From assembly GCA_002104905.1 (NCBI GenBank), contig MCFE01000202.1:68058-132057 (forward strand): DNA of 64,000 nucleotides. Direction: 5' to 3'. Both the position numbers and the translations under genes were made by a program. This DNA is from Basidiobolus meristosporus CBS 931.73 (lineage: Eukaryota; Fungi; Basidiobolomycota). Shown piece after piece: positions 13,394 through 26,211 of this stretch. The notes beneath the pieces are model-generated. The model was given only the letters and a program-made list of their open reading frames with translations, had not been told where the DNA came from and made no database searches. Every line of letters begins with the position of its first letter. Positions within the stretch are counted from its first letter, which is position 1.

Positions 13394-13528
13394 CGGCTGC
13401 ATAAAAGATAGAATTGTGTATAGTGTAACTTGGACATATTTTCGGAATAAATTTTGTGGATATACGCTTGGTAATTTATTTCATTCGCCCCGGAGTCTAG
13501 ACATATAGGTTATGGTGGGTATGCTGAA

Positions 13529-14334
13529 TCACACCTGGTCATCGGCCTTCTTTTTGACCTGCTCCTCCTCGATAACGTGGGTGATTAGAATGCTATTGGG
13601 CCGTTGTTTGGTCCATGGGGGTAGGGGGGATTGGAACATGGCGATCGGAGTGGTAGTCGGATTATTCTCGGCGTAGACATGGGTATCAATGGGCTCTGGC
13701 CTCGGGCGTCGTGGAGCGGCCACAACGTGGGATAGGTTGGCGGCGGAAAGTCTGCTGAGGATCCAAGAGGTGGTTCGAGTGAAGGTCCTGGGGGTAGCAA
13801 TAGGGTCTACATTCGGAATCTGGCCACTGAGGCGTTGAAGGTGGTACCGGTTTTTGTACATCAGCGAGCTGCTCCGGGCTCCTTTCTCCTTGGATTGGGT
13901 CGGGGCCAATGGCTGCGGGAGGTCGGTGGTCGGTGAGGCCAAGGTGGACATCTGCCCAGGTAGGAAATCATCAGGGATGACGGAGTCCCTGTTGGAAGGC
14001 GAGATCTCGTAGGAAAACCGGGAGGCGTCCCCGAAACCCTAAATCAGCCAAAGTCAGTATCGAACATGGATGAACTTCGAGAAGATTGAAAGACCTGGCT
14101 TCGCCTACGTCTGTGAATCCAGATAATCAGATAGATCAGCACCCCCACAGCGATCACCAGTGTGGCCGAAACGCCGATGAGGGAGCCGACTAGCGTGTCT
14201 TGGATCATCTCCTTGTTGGCCAGGATTTTCTGGTAATCCAGGGGGGATGAGGCGGTCTCTATGCCATTAGTAATCGAGATGAAGTGGCCACCCCCTATTG
14301 CACCAGTAGGCAACGATTTCTCTGGATACTGCAT
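13529..14334 (-). CDS. Single-pass membrane protein of unknown function (probable intron at about 14036-14091)
   Basis: Hydrophobic LVGSLIGVSATLVIAVGVLIYLIIWI followed by HRRRR (positive-inside). Joined in frame to ORF 13529-13951 through a weak GT donor and a CTGAC...TTTAG acceptor. Confidence 0.55.
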
Positions 14335-15032
14335 GGGAGAGGCACCGGTGGCTCTAGATTGTTAGTCAAAGACGGGGAAATGCCGGCCACTAGGTGCAGA
14401 GGCGGACGAGAAGGGATATTTAAGATAGCAACTTGGACTGCTCTTCAGATTCAATCGCTATTCTCTTGGACGGAGGATAACATACACATAGATGAACAAT
14501 GAGCGCGAATTGTCCGGCGATTTATTGCTCTTGCTCAGGTCCATTTGTTAATCTTTGTTTACTCAAGTGTTTTGATGGCCATTGTTTGGTTTGACACGCT
14601 GTATGAATCCTCACCCAATGCTGCAGATAATCATGATTGCAGGATGTGCAGCATGCGGTATGCGGTATGCGAATCGTTGTTGAATCTACTCTTCCCTCGA
14701 AATGTTGTTTAATTTACATATACATTGTCGCTTCCCAAAGCGTTGCTGTTTAATTTACACACATAATCGTGCTTAACTTGACCTGACTGAGCCACTGGTT
14801 ACAACACTCGCACATCTGGCGATGAGGAGGGCTCAAGTACGGAGCAGTTTGCGTCATGATCGTGATTGGCGATTTTACCTCACCAGCTTCAACTAATCTA
14901 ATTGGAAGGTTTGAACACAAGGTTTAGGAAACGTTTCCCGTGTAGGTGCATGATGTTTCAAGGTACGAAGCGTGGTGGGATTGCTCCTATAAATACGAGG
15001 CTGTGGACTGAGAGACCGACGGTATTGCTGCA

Positions 15033-16760
15033 ATGATGGTTGCATTCACCTCACCACATCGATCCTCGAGATCAGGCACTCTGTTGTGTCTCTTGCTCGC
15101 CTTGATTTTAACGGTCAATGCTGGTGTGGTCGAATACAACCTTACCATCACCCAAGATCTACGCTCCCCTGACTGCTTCGAAAGACTAGTCGTCCTGGTG
15201 AACAACCAGCTTCCAGGCCCCGAAATCCGCGCTCGTCCTGGCGATACACTCGTTGTCAATGTGCTCAACCAGATGGATACGGATGTGGTCTCGATGCATT
15301 TCCATGGGCTCCACAACAAAGGCACGCCGTACTCGGATGGTGTCCCTCGTCTGACCCAATGGCCCATCCTCCCAGGAACCATGTATCGCTACGAGATGAA
15401 CGTGGGCGACCAGGTGGGCACCTATTTCTACCACGCCTCTACCAGTATCCACGGAATGACCGCATTCGGACCCCTCGTGATCGACGACAACCTGGGCCCC
15501 AGACTGTTCAAGTATGATGAGGAGCGTAACTTCCTTCTGAGTGATTTCTTCCACAAGGATGATGACACCATCACCACTGGATTGCTATCACCCAACTTCC
15601 ACTGGATCTTCGCCCCACAGTCGATGCTCATCAACGGTAAGAACCTTGTCGAAACCAAGTGCACATCCAAGGATGACAAGGTCTGCACGTCCTGCCAACA
15701 CGACGTCACTACTGTGGAGAGGGGAAAGACCTATCGCTTCCGCATCTACGGCTCCGCCATGGCCGCATTCTTCCGGTTCAAGATCGCTGGTCACAAGTTG
15801 ACTGTTATCGAGGTTGATGGCTCCTATGTGCAGCCCTATGTCACCGATCATATCGAGGTGAACGCTGGTCAACGCTTCTCAGTCCTAGTCACTGCTGATC
15901 AAAGCCCCGGAACCTACTATATCAAATCCGAGCCAGGATACGAATGGAAGGTCCCACCTGCTGCTGCAGGCACCCAAGCAGATGGTGTGGCCATCTTACA
16001 GTATAAGGAAGCCAAGCAGCCCGATCCTAGAGAGGTCCCAAGCAAGAACGCACTTCCACAGGTTCCAGAGCAAGAGTTCCTGTGGGAAACTGATAGATTT
16101 GTCAAGCTACCATACCCCTCCGACGCTGTGCCCAACTTCCCAAAACACTTCAACCGCGAGTTCATCCTGACCCCGACTGTAGTATTGCTGGGTGATGGCG
16201 GTGGTTTGGTCGGTGTGCCAACTAAGATGGTGATCAACAATGTCACCTACGAACACCCAAGAACCCCTCTTCTTAATGACCTGTATACTGGACAGATGTC
16301 TCGTAGCATCGACTATTCAAGGATCCCGCCCGATGGCTACGACCCTAGACGTGGCACTTATCCGATCCAACTCGGGGAAGTGATCCAAGTTGTCCTTCAA
16401 CTGACCGCTGACCCTAATGGTCGTTGCGACGTGCACCCATTCTATCTTCACGGGCACAAGCTGTTTGATCTCGGTGGTGGTAAAGGCGCGTACCCTGGAA
16501 AACTCCCAATGCTTAGAAACCCTCCGTTCCCACGTGACATCATCACTCTGTACCCTACAGCCGAGAGTCAGGGAATCCATAATGAACCACACTCACCATG
16601 CGGCTGGAGAGCATTCCGCTTCATTGCCAACAATCCAGGCACCTGGCTATTCCAATGTCGCGCCACCCCCCATGCCATCATGGGTATGGCCGCGGTATTT
16701 GAGGTCGGAGTGGACAAGCTCCCCCCTCCACCACGTTCTCTTGGTAAATTAGCATACTAG
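15033..16760 (+). CDS. Secreted three-domain multicopper-oxidase-fold protein (ascorbate oxidase/laccase-like) with a degenerate trinuclear copper site
   Basis: Signal peptide; VVLVNNQLPGPEIRARPGD; the L1-L4 positions read HFHG, YHAS, HPFYLHGH and FQCRATPHAIMGM. Intact 575-aa intronless ORF. Confidence 0.9.
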   Translation: MMVAFTSPHRSSRSGTLLCLLLALILTVNAGVVEYNLTITQDLRSPDCFERLVVLVNNQLPGPEIRARPGDTLVVNVLNQMDTDVVSMHFHGLHNKGTPYSDGVPRLTQWPILPGTMYRYEMNVGDQVGTYFYHASTSIHGMTAFGPLVIDDNLGPRLFKYDEERNFLLSDFFHKDDDTITTGLLSPNFHWIFAPQSMLINGKNLVETKCTSKDDKVCTSCQHDVTTVERGKTYRFRIYGSAMAAFFRFKIAGHKLTVIEVDGSYVQPYVTDHIEVNAGQRFSVLVTADQSPGTYYIKSEPGYEWKVPPAAAGTQADGVAILQYKEAKQPDPREVPSKNALPQVPEQEFLWETDRFVKLPYPSDAVPNFPKHFNREFILTPTVVLLGDGGGLVGVPTKMVINNVTYEHPRTPLLNDLYTGQMSRSIDYSRIPPDGYDPRRGTYPIQLGEVIQVVLQLTADPNGRCDVHPFYLHGHKLFDLGGGKGAYPGKLPMLRNPPFPRDIITLYPTAESQGIHNEPHSPCGWRAFRFIANNPGTWLFQCRATPHAIMGMAAVFEVGVDKLPPPPRSLGKLAY

Positions 16761-16871
16761 GTCGCCGACTATGGAAAGTGAAATTAAAATAAACATTCGA
16801 TTTGAAAATTTCCATACGCATTGATTACGTTTCTCTTGGAATCTATCCACCACCGTTTCTCCTTGACTGTT

Positions 16872-19092
16872 ATGAGTACGGAAGACTCCCTAAGCCCGCG
16901 CGAGGCATACATCTTTACCCTTCAAGAATTGAGTTCTTTCGACTGGAATGAGGTGGTTGACAATGCTGTTGAGAGGAAAGAACTTCTCAAGGAATATTTA
17001 AGGCTAGCTGCCACCATCACTGAAGGTAAAAACTCTTCTTTAGCATGAGGGGCACCATGGAAGCTGAATGAGGTGTCTATTCTTTAGCAATTTGCAATAT
17101 CAAAGCAAAAAAATTATCTCACTTCATATCCTCCGCCCTACCTTCGTTACTAAGGGGCCTCGAGTTTGTCTCTTGGTCGATAGCGAATTTAGGTATGTAC
17201 AGCCATAAAGAGCTCAGGGTGCATTTGAGTATACTTACAGAACTCTACCTGCTTAGCTTCTGAAGACGAACAAGCTGGGGAGGTAGTTGATTTGCTTTTA
17301 GATTTTGTGGACACACTATCCAGTCGGCTCCCAGCAACTGCATTGGTAACACTCGATTACCTGTCGCCAAGTAGCCCACAAACTAAAGAATCCCACGTTG
17401 AATAGAGTTACGAGCTGAGCCCGAACCCCTCTGACGAGGCAGGTCGACTTCACTACCTTCTCACATATGTTTTGTTGGAAATCTGTGAACACTACTTAGA
17501 GCCAACGCCTTTTTATTTCGCCCTTCGCTATCACATGAACAAGCAACCCAGATATTACGCACACGAGCAGCCTGCGGTTGAAGTTGGCACGAACTCCAGA
17601 CTCAAACTGCATCGAATCCTGGTAGTCTACGAGATATGGACGGGAATGCGCTTGGTACGAATCTCTGACTCCTTGTTTTCATCTAGAACTCTGTCCACAA
17701 AATGCAGCTTTCGCTCGACATGTTGTTGCTGCGTAAGGACCATGGGTTCACCATCACAGGTAGTTTGGTTTGGTCGATTATAAACTTCTTCACGAGCCTT
17801 AAACGAAGAGAACCCTATAGATGATGATGACGAAACACCGCTAGTACTTTCCGAAGAGGGAGTAGCCACCTTGTTTGCATGCTATCTTGGGACTCAAGTG
17901 GATCCAGCTGACGACAAATCATCTCTGCATCCAACCATCCCGTTCAGTATGACTCATCAGCAAGCCTACAAGTACTTGATAGAGTATGCGACACTATTGT
18001 TGGCTAGGTAGGCAAGTTTTCAAGGATCACCTCCAACAGACGGTATACTCAGCAGTATCAACTACAAATCAAAGGCCGGACGAGAGATATCAAGCCATAT
18101 ACGATAAAGGACTTCGGATTCTTTTCCATCTGATGGAAAACACCCCGCCTGAAACCATCTCGTACGAGTCCCTGGACCTCACTCTGCCGATATTTGGCAG
18201 TACCATCATACAAGTGACCCAGGTAATGTGGACACTTCGACTCCATTCTACTTGGAAGCTCACCTCCCGTTCTTCGCAGGCCATCGCCTCATTTGCATCA
18301 TGCTCGCCTGACGCCAAGGCTCGCTTCTTGGCTTACCAGATCCTCTCCCAGCATCTGATGAGCATGACGAGCGATTTGAGAGCGATTATTCTCACCGAGC
18401 TGCTCTCCAGCTGCCCCTTCGAGACTATGAAATCGGCAGCCATCAACCTATTGAAGGAGAGTGTGGAGCGAGACTTCAGCTCAGGAAAGGTACGACTGGT
18501 CTATGCAGACCTCGCCAATGCAGCCAATAACACCAGCCCTTCCAGACCCATCTATTCAACAGCCCAGTACTGTTCCAACAATTCCTTCCGCGGATCCTTT
18601 CCCACGAGCATCTAGGGACGTTCGAGGAATCGCTCAACCACCTGGTCTACGGGGTGAATTTCTATCTCTACCTACTGATTCGGGATAAAGAGAACCAGGT
18701 AAGCCGCTCATTACTTCGTGGGCTTCATTTCGTTTGCGCTAAGTATCTTTCGCCAAGACCGGTGTGTGGAGCGAAGCCAATATCCAAGCCATCGACAGTA
18801 AGTATCTTGCGCCCTACGCCAGCGAGATCCGTGGATTGATGCAGAAGGCCACAGGTAAGGCACTGGGTACGGTCGGCGATATCGATTCTTTTGACTAACA
18901 GGGATTCGGCAGAGAATCCACGGGATGCCGAGACCCAGGTACATATTCACCGTGCATCGGACCAAGCTTGCGAGCTAACAAACTCCTTCGCAGGCTCTCC
19001 TACTCCAGTGCTACTCGGTAGACAGCACCCTCCAGAGGATTTCGGAAATCATCAAAGTTTATTTTTACAAAAATAGCGATTGCCGCATCTAG
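16872..19092 (+). CDS. Glomulin/ALF4/Ybp1-family protein (multi-exon; 3' end approximate)
   Basis: LRAIILTELLSSCPFETMKSAAINLLKESV and NHLVYGVNFYLYLLIRDKENQ..TGVW match the glomulin/Ybp C-terminal blocks. Many short GT-AG introns. Confidence 0.65.
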
Positions 19093-19123
19093 AATTTTGT
19101 TTACGACTCTTTACAATAAATAA

Positions 19124-21069
19124 TCAACGTAACGGTGACAGCTGCTCCTCCTCTTCCTGCAACCCTGGGTGGTGACGGAGCTGCTCTAGCGTTTGGTGTA
19201 TCGTATGCTCGGACTCGATCGAGTGGTGTACTGACTCATGCTCCGTCGATAGACTCGCCTCGTCGGAAACGACATAGTAACTGGAATCGAGCAGCTACGC
19301 AATGAAGTTTGTGAGTCCCTTTTCTGTCAAGAAGCCAACCGAACATCGTCACTTACCTCGGGATGCCCGTGTCGGAAGTGATACGCCAGCCCGTTGGGGT
19401 TCATATAACTCTTGTCACAGCCCTCGACCGAGCAGATAAATGGCTTCTCCATCTCCTCCTCCTCAGGCCCATGCGCGTGCGTCTGATGGTACTGCAGCCC
19501 ATTGGGGTTCCGGTAGCTTTTGTCGCAACCCTCGTGTGGGCATTTGTACGGCTTTTCGATTTGATCCAGACCGCCGTGCATGCCTGAGTTGCCATGGCCG
19601 GATGTGTTTTTCGCGTGCTTGATGTGATAGGTCAGCCCGTTGATGTTCTTGTATTTCTTGTTGCAGCCGAGGAGCCCACATCTATACGGTCGGAGGGCTG
19701 GGTCTATCCGGGGGTGAGACACCTTCATATGGTAAAAAAGTCCGCTCGAATCCAGGAAGCTAGCGAGGCAATTGTCGACCCCGCAGCCATACGCCTTCCC
19801 CTCGTGCTCTCCGAACTGGAACTCTGTCGGAAGCAACGAGTCCGAGTGGGAGATGGCAACGAAGTCGGCAGTGACCATGGACTGCGAGGTGTTGAGGATA
19901 TCTTGAGTTAGCTTGCTTTCAACGGGTGCCATCAGCGCCTGCGTCAATTTCTCCTTTTCCCGGCTCTTCTGATTCATGCTTCTTTGTATCTTTCTCCACC
20001 GGTTGCGACAATGCAGACCTGGGCGTCCGGGGAAGAACTGCGAGATTTTCTGCCACTGGCTTCCCAGCTCTTCGTACTTCTCCAGCAACAGCCCGTCCTC
20101 TTCTGGTGACCATTCCGCTCGGTCGATCGCCGGATCCAAACTTTCCCTCCAGCGCTTGGCACATTGATCATCTGTACGTCCCGGGATCGCCTCGGCGATC
20201 TTACTCCATTGCCCTTGGTAGCGCTCAACCCCTTGGCGAAGCAATTCGTCCTCCTCGGGCGTCCAAGCACCTTTGCGTAGACTGGGGTCTAGTGAATGGA
20301 ACCATCTTTTTCGGCAGTTCTTGTTGGTCCGACCTGGCACACATGCAGCGATTTTCGCCCATTTCTCGGTCTTATCGCCATACAGTTGAACCGCTAACCT
20401 AAGCAGGTTATCTTCCTCCGGGGTCCAAGCACACCGTTGTCTGTCCTTCCTTTTGCAAGGAATGGTCGACGTGATCATCAGGGAAGCTTCGGATTGTGAG
20501 TGGATGGAGGAGAGGGAGCTGCCCGTAGACGGCAGGCTGACGAGGCCAGCAAGCGTCTGAAGGTTTGTGTCCAGATTAGCTAATATCGAAGGATTCATGG
20601 TTGAAAAGTCATCCGGGTGCAGCTAGCAATAGGCCCGTTATTTAGTGAGCTAGTATCTCTGAAGGCAAGTGGGGGTCGCAACTTACAGATATCTCATCAA
20701 CCTCATCTTTAATATGTGAATGCAACACACCTTGAGCAACCTCATCATGTTGCAGGTGAGATAGCTCTGAGTGCTCTGAGGTGTCGGGAGAGTGGCTCAA
20801 GACGTGGTGTTGAACAGCGATCCCTTGCTCGTCATAAGCCGAGATGATATGTTGCTCCGAAGCCTCCCGTTCAAGAGCCAAAGCCTCTTGTTCGTAAGCA
20901 GCCGCCAGCTCAGCACTGCTCGGAGAGTCTTCCGGATGATACTTCAGTAGACAAAGGAAGCGGTTAATGGCAGTGCAGAAGGGGGAAAATCAGGTTCCTG
21001 GGTTGGTCTGGAATTGTGGACATGTAGATAGCGTGGGGATATTTTGGTTTATTTCTATAGACTTACCAT
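19124..21069 (-). CDS. Three-repeat Myb plus four C2H2 zinc-finger transcription factor (4 exons)
   Basis: Three WTPEED/WSPEED...GR....C..RW Myb repeats and four C-x4-C...H-x3/4-H fingers with NGLxYH. Exons: ATG at 21069 (GTAAGT donor), about 20942-20687, about 20622-19357, and a final exon ending at 19124. Confidence 0.85.
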
Positions 21070-21506
21070 AAGCTGCAGCTTTTGTGGTTTAAACTCGTCG
21101 AGAAACTTTTGGTTCAGTGAGCACGGAGCAGAGACGAGTCAAAAAGTTTTCTTCGCTCTTCAATCTGCCAGCTAGTTTGAAAAAAAATAGGCTCTCATTG
21201 TGAGCCAATCAATGCTGCGGATGACGAATGTGTCACTGTATTCTGGAATATATATACTCCGCCATGTATCGTGTTTGATCCTTTGTTGGTGTTATCAACT
21301 GTAACCCAGACATGTGGTTTATTATTGTTGTGACTACCTTTCCATATGCGTAGGATGACTCTATAGAAAAGGTATAAGCATCTATAATATGTGGTAGGAA
21401 GCCCATCAACCACCATCTAGCCACACTTGAAGCCCATCAACCATCATCTAGCCATACTTGTCTAGTCCAGTGTTGACGGTTTCGCCCTGCATATTCTCCA
21501 GCCTGT

Positions 21507-22088
21507 CTAGTAACCACTCTTTCCTCCGTGCCAAGCTTTGGCTGCAGACAATCCCCATCCATAACCGTTAGCATATCCATATTTCTTCCCTGCTCTATGG
21601 CCATTATTAAACCCACGCTTCCTACCCCTGGTCTCGCCGTCGCTCTGACCCTCCGAAAACCCTTCCCAGTACCCATCGTCCACGCCACTCTGAACACCAT
21701 CAGCCTTTCCATTTTGCTGCCCTTCGCGTTGCCCTTCAACCGAGCCCTTGGCGAACCCCTTCCAATATCCCTTGTCTCTGCCATCCTCGTAGCCTTCCTT
21801 ATAGGCGGCTCTCCTGCCTTCTTCGAAGCCACGCTCGTAGTCCCCGCTCTCATAGCTATGGTCATGGTCTCCCTGATCGCCCTCGTCCTCGCCTTCACTC
21901 TCACCACCGTCATCGTCATCGTCATCCCCATATCCATAGCTGTAAACATCTCGGCCGCCGTTCCATGCTCGTTTTGAAACACCAAAGCCTCTTTTCTGGA
22001 GATTCACCCCGGAATGGTCTTCTGTGGCTAAGACTGAGGATGCTATATATAGACAAAGGAGAGAGCCAATGGTGAGTCGGAGCATCAT
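21507..22088 (-). CDS. Secreted protein with Kex2 (KR) sites, an acidic patch and a long Gly-X3 repeat
   Basis: Signal peptide MMLRLTIGSLLCLYIASSVLA, LQKR and SKR sites, then 24 consecutive GXXX tetrads (one Ala in place of Gly). TATA-like TATAAGG upstream. Confidence 0.75.
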   Translation of the reverse strand: MMLRLTIGSLLCLYIASSVLATEDHSGVNLQKRGFGVSKRAWNGGRDVYSYGYGDDDDDDGGESEGEDEGDQGDHDHSYESGDYERGFEEGRRAAYKEGYEDGRDKGYWKGFAKGSVEGQREGQQNGKADGVQSGVDDGYWEGFSEGQSDGETRGRKRGFNNGHRAGKKYGYANGYGWGLSAAKAWHGGKSGY

Positions 22089-22662
22089 TTGAAAACGTCG
22101 GTGATTGGATAGTATTGGGAAGAAGTCCAAATGGATTTAGCAGCCAAAGGGCTCCTTATATCAGTTCAGATGTTTGACATTGGGCACGGAGAACGCGGAC
22201 CGGTTACAACGAGTCTCTTGAAACGATGTCAAGCCAAACCGCCTCCAAATTAGGTTTCAGCGCATGGTTCCGGTCGAAACACGGGCGAGTGTAAGAAACC
22301 GCACTTCTCAATTATCCTGTTCCAGAATCCCCATGAGCTTTCCGATCATTTTGGCATGGGTTGTGTGGGATGTAGAGAAATCATGGTTGACGTCAGGGTT
22401 TATCAACCTCATTGCCAGTATTGGTATCCGTATTAGGGGAACGCTGGTGCGAGCATTGAAAGGCGAGCTCCTGGAGAAGAACTGACCTGGAAGCCGCCGG
22501 CAAGAATATCTTACCACTTGGATACCCATAGTGTATGCACCACAGACTTGCGGCCTTTACAATATACGACGTACATTTCAATAGCACTTTCTAGGGGTCA
22601 ACCAAACCTTCCGCTCTAAGATTACCAAGGAGCCCGTTTCATACAAGAAAAGGAAATATTAA

Positions 22663-23106
22663 ATGGCTACGGAGACGTCCTGGACTTCGCTATTCATCTT
22701 GGTACGTAGCAGCCCTCATTCTTCCCCTGGCGGTTGGTCACAGAACCTCACTTTTCCCCATTTGTAGTCTGCTCTAGTCACCGTGCTCGTCTCGGTTGGA
22801 ATATACATATGTTATAGGCGCAGCAGTCGTCTGGTCCCAACCGGAGCCTATCAACTACGCCGAGTCAACTCCGGTAACCAACTAGAACAGGAAGATTTTC
22901 AACACCTGCTGTCGGAAGTAATGATAGATGAAGGAGCTGAGCCAACAGAATCTTTCAGCAGAGATGTTGAGCCCTTCGCTGATTCTGATGAGGACCGAGA
23001 TATCATCTCACCTCAACCACCCGTGGAGGACTTTGACAACGACGCTACCTCAGGCATCTTCGCCATCGACGACGAGTTTGAGGAGTCCAACGTTAGCCAT
23101 CAATAA
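22663..23106 (+). CDS. Small single-pass membrane protein with acidic cytosolic tail
   Basis: ATG 22663, intron GTACGT...TTGTAG at about 22703-22768, then SALVTVLVSVGIYICYRR and a D/E-rich tail. Confidence 0.6.
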
Positions 23107-23405
23107 AGTGGAGAGGTTGCTATATCCATACGAAGGGCATTTGATTGCTTCTTGTGTTAATTACTGAGAAAGCGAATTCCAACCTTACACCACTTCTCCC
23201 CACCAAGCACCAATTTCCCGCCTATTACTCATCATGGAGATACTTCTGAAATGCAATTGGATCTTCCAACTGCAGCAACGATTTATTTAAAATTAAAAAC
23301 AGAAAAGATTGCATTCATTCGATGAAATTGGGCGGCTTCATTACGCACGATGGTGTGGGTAGAAGTGAGTATATATACAGAAACAAGGCAGCACTATCCT
23401 TTGGA

Positions 23406-23726
<321 letters not shown>

Positions 23727-24120
23727 CTACTGTTGGGGAAGAGAGGGGAAGGAATAAATTGGGATCAAAAGAGAAGAGAGGTTTATCGCTCACTTGGGGC
23801 AAATCAGGGACTTATATATGGGTCGATCACGCGAGATCGTGCAGTGGATAGAACCGGTTACTTCTAATCACAGTCATTAAGCTCCCCAATCTCGAATTCA
23901 AAAATAGGGATGAGTCTTGTGTTGCATGGGATCCCTTGCGCAAACGCGTGTCGCCCATCGATCCTGATCCGGTTGGTGATTCTTTGTTTAAACGAGTTGT
24001 GCCAATTTGATTTAGTGACCATGAGGTTCTTTATTTACAGATTCAACAATGGTGGGATGGCTGGGATGGCTGGGATTGCGGTTGGGAATGAGTTGCTGCG
24101 ATGGAATAAATAACCAGTAT

Positions 24121-25600
24121 TTAGGCGGATGCCATGATGGCCTCAATTTCCGCAATTTCCTTGGGTGCGGTGGTAAGATTCTCAATGGAGTCCTCCTTGA
24201 TCACTACATTGTCTTCGATACGGACACCACCGACCTTGCGGAACCTGTCGAGGGTGGGGATGTCAAAGAATTTGGCGGTCTTGGGGTCCTTCAGAAAAGG
24301 CTCGATGATGGCATCACAGAAGTAGATTCCAGGCTCCACGGTAACAACCATGCCTGGCTTCAACTCACGGCGCATGCGCAAATAGCGGATACCGGGCTCG
24401 TTGATTCTTTCTACTCCCTTGGGATAGCCACCAACATCATGGGTGTCGATGCCAATGGAGTGGCCGAGCCCGTGGGGATAGAATGCTGCTGGAACATAAT
24501 GGGCAATCAATTCCTCAACGTCACCCTTGAGAATGCCGCACTTGATAAGGCCCTCGCAGGCAATGCGGCTAGCAAGACGGTGCATATCTTCCCACTGGAC
24601 ACCGGGCTTCAAGGCAGCCAGCACTTGCTTTTGCATATCCAAGACAATGCTGTAGATGGTCTTGGCATCATCAGTGTACTTACCACCAACGGGGAAGGTA
24701 CGGGTGATGTCTGAGGCATATCTGTGGTACTCGCCTCCAGCATCTACCAAAAACAATTGATTGCCATCAGGCATGTCGCAGTTGTTACGACCATAGTGCA
24801 AAGTGGCCGCGTTCTTGCTATATGCCATGATGGGGAGGTAGGATTGGCGCATCGAGCCACGACGATTGCACTCGTACTCGAACAACGCTTGAAGCTCACG
24901 CTCATTCATACCAGGCTTGATGCTCTTCATGAGACTCACATGAGCCTCGCTGGAGATCTTGCTAGAAATTCTCATGATTTCGAGCTCAAATTCCGATTTG
25001 AACATGCGTGCCTCCTGGAGTGCCTCAAGGAGCTTGCTGTCGTCGGCGCCACTTTGATATTCGCCCAACAGCGAAGTATCAGTGTTGGCCAAGACGTGCA
25101 CGCACTTTGGTGAGAGCTCTTTCACGGTGGCGGTCAAGGTGTCAGCATATCTGACCTCGTCGACGTCATATCTCTCCTTGAGCTCCTCATTGGTTTCAGG
25201 CATACCGATCCACACGATATCGTCTTCGGGGATTCGTGGGGCGAAAAGTATGGCCTTGTCGTTGCCGATGTCATAGAGGAACTCGTATCCTGGCTGTTCA
25301 ACACCGGTCATATAGAAGAAATAGGGGTCCTGATCGAAAGGCATTTCCTGTTGGAAGGTGGTTAGCACTATTTCAAAAACCTGGGTGCGCTTGTGCAAAT
25401 ACTCACAGTGTCACTGTCGAACTTGACGGTGTTGACGTGCCCCTTCAAGTAGATGACGCCAGAGTCGACACCAAGGTTTTTGGCAACCTTGCGGTTGTTG
25501 ATTTTAGAGTTATAACGGAATTGCTTAGCGTCGACCATATCAACCAAAGAAGCGGGAAGGATGTTGGTAAACCTCGGGCTGACCACGTCGTATTTATAAC
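24121..25600 (-). CDS. Xaa-Pro dipeptidase/aminopeptidase P (M24B); 5' end approximate, one intron at about 25349-25407
   Basis: DAGGEYHRYASDITRTFP, HGLGHSIGIDTHD, TVEPGIYF and GGVRIEDNV metal-binding motifs. Confidence 0.93.
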
Positions 25601-26211
25601 GCCATGCATTTGAAAGAGAATGCTGATGATATCACTAGCCTTCACGATCCCACATGATATTGTCTGCAGATGATTGGGCTGAAAATACGAGATTCCGATT
25701 GTTTGATATCCTGATCAGCCATTTTAATGGGTGGGATTCTTCAAGTTCCCTTACACAAAGAGAGTTCCCATTCCCACCTCCATTCATTGCAGGTGGCTAA
25801 TTCGAAACGGTTTTTCGGATTAGACCAAGTGCCGCAAGTGTCAGTAATATTTCCATACCTGGCGCCAGCTTTCTGAGTGAGGGTTTAGTCACAAGACTCG
25901 CTCTGATTATGTATTAATTAGATGCTATCTTCCCTAGACTTGTGTCATAATTCTGATTAGGATTTGATTGAATTCCAACCAAGCTTCTTTTCCCAAGACC
26001 ACGGCCATTCGACCTGTCAATTGTCGGTTGCTTGCGCCCAAGACTTTCGATAATACGGTATTTGGCTTGTTGCGTATAATTGGGGTAGTCATCTCGATGT
26101 TGCATAAATAAACAAATTTATTCAAAGGCCCGATTAACAAAATGGTTTAGATTCCGATTAAGCTGATCTATTTAATCAAGGTACGGCTAAAAGTACAAGG
26201 GGGTATTGAAT

